Below, piece by piece: positions 45,553 to 51,724 of a DNA stretch of 51,724 nucleotides. Location: assembly GCA_019057385.1 (NCBI GenBank), contig JAHQJS010000001.1, positions 1-51,724 of the forward strand. Direction: 5' to 3'. The first letter of the stretch is position 1. Every line of letters starts with the position of its first letter. The stretch is from Candidatus Borrarchaeum weybense. Lineage in GTDB: Archaea > Asgardarchaeota > Sifarchaeia > Borrarchaeales > Borrarchaeaceae. A program made the translations under genes and the position numbers. The notes below the pieces were generated by a model, which searched no databases, was not told the origin of the DNA, and saw only the letters and a program-made list of their open reading frames with translations.

Positions 45553-47276
45553 TAGCTTGACTCCATAGAAATACTGGTAATATCTACCTCTTCTAATTTA
45601 CATATTTCCGTAAATGTTGGAACAATATTCCCGTTCTCATCTTGTTGATATCTAACATGGACACTCTGAGTGGGTGTAGGACTGATATCAACATTTATTA
45701 CTCCTGTCGAGTAATTAACTGTTCCACTAACCGTGTGCGTACCGGTAGCAGAGAACGATCCTGTTCCATCCCCATTATCTGAATCAGTAGTAACATAACT
45801 TCCATCGATAAACAGCCTTACTGTTTCAGGTTTAATATCTGTAGCCTCAAGCTCCTCTCCATAATCATAAGTCGAGTCATAAGTATCGCTCAAAGCCTTT
45901 TTTATCTCGAGAGTCATGTTAACATATGCGACATTATCAAGATCATGAATCGCGGAGATTATATCACTATACTTTATTATCGTACCTAATTTGGTTGTTG
46001 TTCCAAGAACAAACTTTTCTTCCACTGCTTCGTCGATATCCGCTTGGGCTTGGGATAATGATTCTCCAGCTGTTACCTTTACTATAAGTGTTGGAATAAC
46101 ATATAATATAGTTGGAGTAACAAATTCATATTTTACTGTAATCATCGACTTGTTGTAGATATAAGCCGACAAAGTACTCTTAAAGGAATCATCTGGAAGC
46201 TCCCAATTCTGAAGAATTATGCACATCTTCACTTTATTAAGCATTGACTGCACAGCAGCTACGCCAGCAGCAAGAGCTTCTTCATTCTCACCCCAAACAT
46301 TCGCATTTGCTACGCCGGCGTAATTTTCTATGATAGCAATAAAATCCGTCTTGCTTACCGCTCTATCTCCTGTTTTGAAAACTCTTGGAGCTTCATATCG
46401 TATCTCTTCTATATCTTCCTCATCATCTCCACCAAGAAAAGATCCTGAATTAGTAACTGAAACAGTTACAGTAGCACCATCTTCATCATAGATGGCAGAG
46501 TTAACAGTAGTTATTTTATTTGGAAAAGTAACATTTCCATCTGCACCATCGGATTTAACGTACTGCACAGTAATTACAGATCCAGAAGATGGGGCAGCTC
46601 CATTTATATTATCACCAAACTTGATGGTCACATATCCATCCATTTCATTAATAATGCGATAGTGTTGGTTGATATTGGTGCTGTAGATAAACGAAGCTAC
46701 TTTAGTCCATGTTGTACCATCAATAGTTACTCTCAAGGTTGGATTTGTAGTACTCGCCGAATTCTCGACATTCGTGCTGGTTAAAGTTATTTCTTGTTCA
46801 GTTGAACCGTCAGACGTAACCTGTGATTGGATCAATTCACCCTGAATGCAGTTTACCGCTACGGAGGTTTGACCTTTTTCTATCGCAGCATCTTCATTGG
46901 TTAAAAACTTAATTCCCTCTGCAGATTGACACTCGGTATATTTTGGAATATAAACTATCTTTGTAAGTGGAGAAGAAATACTGAAAGTCAAACTACCAGT
47001 TGAAGATGTTTTCCTTTTTGGTACGTAATTCAACAACTGAACAAGGTTCACTATACTGGAACGAAGTTGCGCTGTGCCAATATAAGATTCGTTAGCTCTT
47101 CTCTCCGTGTAATACATTCCTTGATTCAAAACATATGCCAGCAACTCAATCAGCATTTCCCCAGTAGATGATCTATATATGTCTTGCCAGGTTCCCTTAT
47201 TTTTAAGCCTGTCTTGAAGCTGCTGAACAGCTTGATCAAAATCATATTCAACATAGTTTAGTACATTAGCCATCAA
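45552..47276 (-). CDS. baseplate wedge protein (T4 gp6 / P2 gpJ-like)
   Basis: YDFD, LIELLAY, NESYIGTAQLRSS, FGDNING, GGDDEEDIEEIRYEAP..RAVSKTDF. Confidence 0.92.
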   Translation of the reverse strand: MMANVLNYVEYDFDQAVQQLQDRLKNKGTWQDIYRSSTGEMLIELLAYVLNQGMYYTERRANESYIGTAQLRSSIVNLVQLLNYVPKRKTSSTGSLTFSISSPLTKIVYIPKYTECQSAEGIKFLTNEDAAIEKGQTSVAVNCIQGELIQSQVTSDGSTEQEITLTSTNVENSASTTNPTLRVTIDGTTWTKVASFIYSTNINQHYRIINEMDGYVTIKFGDNINGAAPSSGSVITVQYVKSDGADGNVTFPNKITTVNSAIYDEDGATVTVSVTNSGSFLGGDDEEDIEEIRYEAPRVFKTGDRAVSKTDFIAIIENYAGVANANVWGENEEALAAGVAAVQSMLNKVKMCIILQNWELPDDSFKSTLSAYIYNKSMITVKYEFVTPTILYVIPTLIVKVTAGESLSQAQADIDEAVEEKFVLGTTTKLGTIIKYSDIISAIHDLDNVAYVNMTLEIKKALSDTYDSTYDYGEELEATDIKPETVRLFIDGSYVTTDSDNGDGTGSFSATGTHTVSGTVNYSTGVINVDISPTPTQSVHVRYQQDENGNIVPTFTEICKLEEVDITSISMESS

Positions 47277-47671
47277 ACTTCTCCTCTGACTGGCATTTCA
47301 TGAACAAAAATTTTGCTATATCCTTTTATTACAAAAGAAATTTCGAGAGTGATGGATGAATAATCAGGCTCAGCTAAAAATCTAACTTGACTAACGAGCA
47401 CTCTATCATCCCACCTCTCTATCGTTTCTTTAATATCCCGGGATAAGAAATCTAGTAAAGGCTTGGTCATAGACTCAAAAGTAAGACTTTTCAAAGCGGA
47501 GGCAAACTCGGGAAGCATCACCCGCTCTCCTCGATATGTCCTAAGAATATTATCAATGGATACCATAACTGATTCTACATTGATAACCTTCTTCAAATTT
47601 CCTTGAGCATCCTGAATAAGTCTATGATCAAGGTCAGACCAAACTTCATCTACTTGTGTTTTTACAGCCAT
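47273..47671 (-). CDS. baseplate wedge/sheath initiator (T4 gp25 / GPW)
   Basis: WSDLD, SIDNILRT..GERVMLPEF, IERWDDRV. Confidence 0.92.
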   Translation of the reverse strand: MAVKTQVDEVWSDLDHRLIQDAQGNLKKVINVESVMVSIDNILRTYRGERVMLPEFASALKSLTFESMTKPLLDFLSRDIKETIERWDDRVLVSQVRFLAEPDYSSITLEISFVIKGYSKIFVHEMPVRGEV

Positions 47672-47943
47672 TACTCTACATAAACCTTTCTATCTGACGG
47701 TGTGATTTTAGCACCGCAACCTGCAACAGCATCTTTAGTCAGTATGAGCTTTCCGTTATGAAAACTCTTAGTAGTTACTGCAGTAATTGGAGTTACACTA
47801 TGTCCAGTTATAGGACAGCTATGCATAGCTCCATTGACAGCAACTTCAACTCCTCCAACCGTAAATGTTCCATCTTGGTTGGAAGTTATAATGCTGCCTC
47901 CATGATCACTAAAATCACCTTTTAATGCTATTGGTTTCGCCAT
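47671..47943 (-). CDS. PAAR-domain spike tip protein
   Basis: GD.SDHGG, HSCPITGH, GCGAKI. Confidence 0.9.
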   Translation of the reverse strand: MAKPIALKGDFSDHGGSIITSNQDGTFTVGGVEVAVNGAMHSCPITGHSVTPITAVTTKSFHNGKLILTKDAVAGCGAKITPSDRKVYVE

Positions 47944-48470
47944 TATGGATTTATACTCACAGTTGATCCTTTAATAACTACAGCTCCACCATCAACTGTG
48001 ATATCTCCGCCATTGATTGTGATATCACCACTACTATCTATTGTTACGTAAGTTCCTGATGGATGACTTACTTTAATTTCTTTACTAGAATCATCAATAT
48101 AAACTACAATTCCATTCTTCGTTTTAAGAATTTTTCTGCTTGGATAATTTGTTGTTCTCTCGGATGGTAATCCATGAACGCCATCAGTTGCTTCCGCAAA
48201 GTAAACAGGTTGATTTGGATCTCCATATTCAAAAAAGCACCAGACATTCGAATTAACTTCTGGAATAGCAAGACAGCCAAAACCGTCTCCAGCCCCAGAA
48301 AATATGGGCATTGCTGGAACAGCCCAAGGAAGTTCTGCTGCAGTTAGCCCATCGAATATGCTAAATATCTCAACCTTAATCCTACCGAGTTTACTTGGAT
48401 CTGAATTATCAAGAACCTTTCCTCGATATATCTCAGAGAACTTGAATGAATCTTCTTTAGTAATTTTCAT
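47943..48470 (-). CDS. baseplate spike (gp5/gpV OB-fold)
   Basis: YRGKVLDNSDPSKLGRIKV, LPWAVP, PEVNSNVWCFFE.GDPNQPVY, beta-helix-like C-terminus. Confidence 0.92.
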   Translation of the reverse strand: MKITKEDSFKFSEIYRGKVLDNSDPSKLGRIKVEIFSIFDGLTAAELPWAVPAMPIFSGAGDGFGCLAIPEVNSNVWCFFEYGDPNQPVYFAEATDGVHGLPSERTTNYPSRKILKTKNGIVVYIDDSSKEIKVSHPSGTYVTIDSSGDITINGGDITVDGGAVVIKGSTVSINP

Positions 48471-49636
48471 TTCTTATAGCTATCCGCTTGCTTTAGTGTT
48501 GTCTCAATAGTTGTATCTATTCCATTCCTAGTTAACAAAATTTGGGTCATGAAGGAATTAGTAATTACATGCACCACTCTCTTGACCAACCAATACCCTG
48601 AGTGTTGATATAGGAACAGCTGTCCTCTTTCCAGAGACTCGCTGAATAAAACTCTCACTATATCACCAGGAGCAACATTTTCAATACCCCAAGTAGAAAT
48701 CCACATGTTTATAAGGCCGGTTATCCTGTCGTAGTAATTTGTTTTTACCCTTCCTTTGAAATTAGAAGTAAATTGATTACTCCGTCCCTCAACAAGAGGC
48801 ACCCCACTAATAATACTGTCATCCTCTATTAGATGTTGTTCTGTAAGAGAAGGATATCCATCAAGGTCAGCATAAACAATTTTATGTGTACCTGTTTCAT
48901 AATCAAAATAGCAATAACATTGAATTTTTGTCCCAAAAATACCTATAAGTTGGGAGTTATCAAATACTTTGTAATCAATAACAGGATAGTGATCCTCAAG
49001 TGGTTTGTGTCCAACTAAAAACTTATACCTCGCTGCTGTCTCAACTAATTCATCTACACTTTTAAATACAAAAGTAGGTTTTCCTACTGTATTTTTGATG
49101 AAACAAAAGTATCCAGCTTCCTCATTCTTTCCTAAAAGATACTCCTTTAAGTACCGAAGAAATTTAGCATTTGTCCAATTTGGTTGAAGCAAGAAGTTAT
49201 CATAGTTTAATGATGCTCCAACTTCGGTACTGGAAATGCCCAGTTCGTCTGTTGAAATACCTTCTATCGTGGATTTAACATTTCCAGTTATATTTCGTAT
49301 CCTTGAGGGATCTAACAGACCATCAACCTTCAATGTTCCCATCACAACATATTCTTTATCAAAATTTGTTTCCCTTCTATCTACATAGAAAACAAATTCA
49401 TTCATTTTATCCGGATTTTCAGTTCGGGCAATTTCAATAGTCACTACATTAAGATCTCTATCGAAAGGAGTCACTTCACCTAACAGCCCAGTAGAATCTT
49501 TTATCGCCAACTTAAAAGTGGGCAGCAATCGATCAATGTCTTGAGTGATAGTCAGTTCTTGTATCATAGACGGTTGAATAGGAACGATAGTATCACCAAA
49601 CTTTATATTTATCTGGTAGTTACCAACTAAAAACAT
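48467..49636 (-). CDS. baseplate hub (gp27/gpD-like)
   Basis: Located before the spike; C-terminal PGDIV..SGYWLVKRVVH..LTRNG. Confidence 0.7.
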   Translation of the reverse strand: MFLVGNYQINIKFGDTIVPIQPSMIQELTITQDIDRLLPTFKLAIKDSTGLLGEVTPFDRDLNVVTIEIARTENPDKMNEFVFYVDRRETNFDKEYVVMGTLKVDGLLDPSRIRNITGNVKSTIEGISTDELGISSTEVGASLNYDNFLLQPNWTNAKFLRYLKEYLLGKNEEAGYFCFIKNTVGKPTFVFKSVDELVETAARYKFLVGHKPLEDHYPVIDYKVFDNSQLIGIFGTKIQCYCYFDYETGTHKIVYADLDGYPSLTEQHLIEDDSIISGVPLVEGRSNQFTSNFKGRVKTNYYDRITGLINMWISTWGIENVAPGDIVRVLFSESLERGQLFLYQHSGYWLVKRVVHVITNSFMTQILLTRNGIDTTIETTLKQADSYKK

Positions 49637-49950
49637 TATCGACTCCTGCGTATCCTAAACTTCTTTTGAAAGTCATAGATATCAAGTTTACTAGGAATTA
49701 TTAACAGCTGCCCTGTCTGCATATCCGTAAGAGGATTATCTATACTATTAACCAGCATGATGATCCACCAGAAATATACATTACCATAAGCTTTATAACT
49801 AATCATATCCGGTCGCATTAAGTCAGTGGCATCAACTCGGTAATTGGTTGTTGGATATTTCAAAGTAAACTCAGATAGAGAGTTATGAAGAAAATCCAAC
49901 TCTTTGACTCCGTCAACAACTTCTGATTGGAAGAAATTTGTTCTGTTCAT
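49636..49950 (-). CDS. baseplate wedge gp53 / LysM-like protein
   Basis: RPDMISYKAYG..FWWIIMLVNSIDNP..GQLLIIP. Confidence 0.88.
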   Translation of the reverse strand: MNRTNFFQSEVVDGVKELDFLHNSLSEFTLKYPTTNYRVDATDLMRPDMISYKAYGNVYFWWIIMLVNSIDNPLTDMQTGQLLIIPSKLDIYDFQKKFRIRRSR

Positions 49951-49955
49951 CTATC

Positions 49956-50819
49956 TTATCCAAAAGTAATTGAGCTAAGTTCCTTGCGTCCTTGCTCGTC
50001 ATATTCTTCATATTGAACCATAGACGCCTTTTGATATGCTCTTTGTAAGCTCTGAGCAGTAGGCATTTCATATGTTTCAAAAACTAACGCCATCTCGGCA
50101 CTTATTGGATCTCCAGAAGGATCAAACTGAATATGAAAAGTTGATGTGGCTTCTCTTAATATAACATTGTCAAACTGCAAAAACTTACCCAACTGAAGAA
50201 TTATTCTATCGCCCCCTTTGGCGCTCTCGATAATTTCTGTTTGGTTTAGCTCATTGATAGGTCTTCTAGCTCCCAGTAATCCCTCTAATGTAAATGGAGT
50301 TGGACCTGGTGGAGATAATGCAGGAAGTTTTTGTAAAGCATCTACTATTTCATGACTTTCTGGACTTTTCTTAATCTCTCCAAAGTCAGTAACTTCACCC
50401 GCAGGCTCAGAAGGTACGGCCATAGATTGTAGTATTCTACAAGGTTCTACAACGTCGATAAATGAATCATCAATAGCCTCAAACCTCAACTTCAAAAACA
50501 TAGTCATAGGTGTAGAGCCTGTCCATAACCTTCTCGTCGCAGCTCTTGTAACTAAAGCTTTCCTCCCTCCCGTCACCACTTGCAATAGGTAGTTTCCTTT
50601 TGCCAACATAGATGTAGGAATAAAAGGCTCCCATCTTGACTCAACTCGCATTATTATATTCTCTTGAAGAATACCTGTGATAGTAGCTTTATTCTTAACA
50701 CTAGTAATATGAGCGAGATACTCAGAGGGCACTCCAATACCATCCGGTTTGTATCCATACTCGGTAAAAGTAAAGGTTCTCGGTCTTGGTACTCTTTTTG
50801 TTCTTCTTACTATAGCCAT
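49956..50819 (-). CDS. putative tail-tube initiator/baseplate junction protein
   Basis: Located between tape measure and gp53; LQLGKFLQFDNVIL..G.PISA..L.FET. Confidence 0.55.
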   Translation of the reverse strand: MAIVRRTKRVPRPRTFTFTEYGYKPDGIGVPSEYLAHITSVKNKATITGILQENIIMRVESRWEPFIPTSMLAKGNYLLQVVTGGRKALVTRAATRRLWTGSTPMTMFLKLRFEAIDDSFIDVVEPCRILQSMAVPSEPAGEVTDFGEIKKSPESHEIVDALQKLPALSPPGPTPFTLEGLLGARRPINELNQTEIIESAKGGDRIILQLGKFLQFDNVILREATSTFHIQFDPSGDPISAEMALVFETYEMPTAQSLQRAYQKASMVQYEEYDEQGRKELSSITFG

Positions 50820-50827
50820 TGATCATC

Positions 50828-51724
50828 CTATTCTATTGTTAATGTTCCCTCGGCGAGATTATTTAGTAAAGCATCTCCAGAATCGTAAGGATTTCCTATC
50901 CCAGCACTTCTAATCCCTTGAGGTCCTTGTGTTCTCCTATACTCGTCGGACATGTTATCTATTGATTTCTGCAGTTCCTTCATCTGTTCTACAGATACGC
51001 CCTCTCCAGCTGTTACTCCACCACCCGCAGGCAATCCAGGAGTTCTACTCACACTCCCATACTCCCTCTCAATCTCAGCAACTCTTTCATAGTATGGTGT
51101 TATCTCAGGTCCTTTGAATATGCGACGAGCGCCAGGAAATTTCTTATACCAAGGCCGTCTACGATATTCAGCAAGTTGAGTTTTTTGTTCTTGATAGGCA
51201 ACATCCATTGCTACTTGTCTTGGTGTTTTACCAACTTTAGCAGCATACTGTTCAATTCCCATGCTTGAAAGAGCAGCTTTCTTCTGTTCAGTTGCTCTTG
51301 CTAAACCTTGCTCCGCTTTAGCCTGTGCTTCTCTTGCCTTTTTAAGATCTACTAATCCTTTTCCAAGTTCGGCGAATTTCTTTATAGATAAACCAAGACC
51401 GGCAGCGAACGCCGCAATTAAGCCAGCTTTCCCTATAAGAGGTAATATTGCTGATCCAAGAGCGCCAAACTTCTCGCCTAATCCTCCAAGACCTAACATT
51501 CCAGCTAATCCTTTTCCACTGAGACTTCTTTCTATATCTTTAAACTTAGTTAAGACATCTCTTGTCCACTTAGCTCTGTGAGCCTTTTTATCAAAGAAAT
51601 ATTGTAATGGTGCCACCATATCTTCTTTTGAAGGTCTTCTGGCAGCTCCTCTCCTAGCAAATCCTCCAAAGCTGGTGACTGGTGTTCCTCGTTGTCTGGC
51701 GACTGGTGTTCCTCGTTGTCTGGC
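50828..51724 (-). CDS. probable tape-measure protein C-terminal part (5' end outside the window)
   Basis: The frame is open to the window edge; G/A/L-rich hydrophobic segment then coiled coil; upstream of the baseplate genes. Confidence 0.6.
   Translation of the reverse strand, partial: ARQRGTPVARQRGTPVTSFGGFARRGAARRPSKEDMVAPLQYFFDKKAHRAKWTRDVLTKFKDIERSLSGKGLAGMLGLGGLGEKFGALGSAILPLIGKAGLIAAFAAGLGLSIKKFAELGKGLVDLKKAREAQAKAEQGLARATEQKKAALSSMGIEQYAAKVGKTPRQVAMDVAYQEQKTQLAEYRRRPWYKKFPGARRIFKGPEITPYYERVAEIEREYGSVSRTPGLPAGGGVTAGEGVSVEQMKELQKSIDNMSDEYRRTQGPQGIRSAGIGNPYDSGDALLNNLAEGTLTIE
51677..51724 (-). repeat. 24-bp tandem repeat encoding ARQRGTPV (at least 2 copies)
   Basis: GACTGGTGTTCCTCGTTGTCTGGC x2 on the + strand, running off the window. 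Confidence 0.85.

Noticed and set aside
45552-50819. Stand-alone T6SS, eCIS or tailocin locus
   Set aside because: PAAR, spike and gp25 are embedded in a phage context with tRNAs, ligases and many small early genes; no T6SS membrane complex or eCIS ATPase is seen.
1-51724. Stop-codon reassignment
   Set aside because: Long genes are intact in code 11 and end with TAA, TAG and TGA; broken genes are frameshifts, not in-frame stops.

Overview
This window is a fragment of a large AT-rich bacteriophage genome with a contractile tail (myovirus type). A bacterial host is inferred from sigma70-type promoters, a phage sigma-factor-like gene and a long-variable-arm G1:C72 tRNA-Tyr. There are two convergent halves. 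The + strand (1 to ~23.3 kb) is an early/accessory region: two tRNA clusters, several GC-rich ~110-120 nt structured intergenic elements, two ligase-family nucleotidyltransferases, RtcB, a radical SAM plus QueC-like pair, HNH nucleases, a DUF932-like gene and many small ORFs. Three copies of a conserved promoter lie in this half. The - strand (51.7 to 23.35 kb) runs from the probable tape-measure C-terminus through a T4/P2-like baseplate module and tail-fibre/adhesin genes. It continues with a 6-bp gap into a ~12-kb, 17-gene glycan locus: NeuB, NeuA, three Maf/sialyltransferase-fold proteins, six other glycosyltransferases, an SDR, a radical SAM and methyltransferases. After that come a metallophosphoesterase and a disrupted DpdA/TGT-like gene containing an internal inversion. 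The best candidate for a new system is phage-encoded synthesis and transfer of a nonulosonic (sialic-like) acid glycan, probably onto virion proteins. All protein family calls come from motif recognition by eye; no database search was run.
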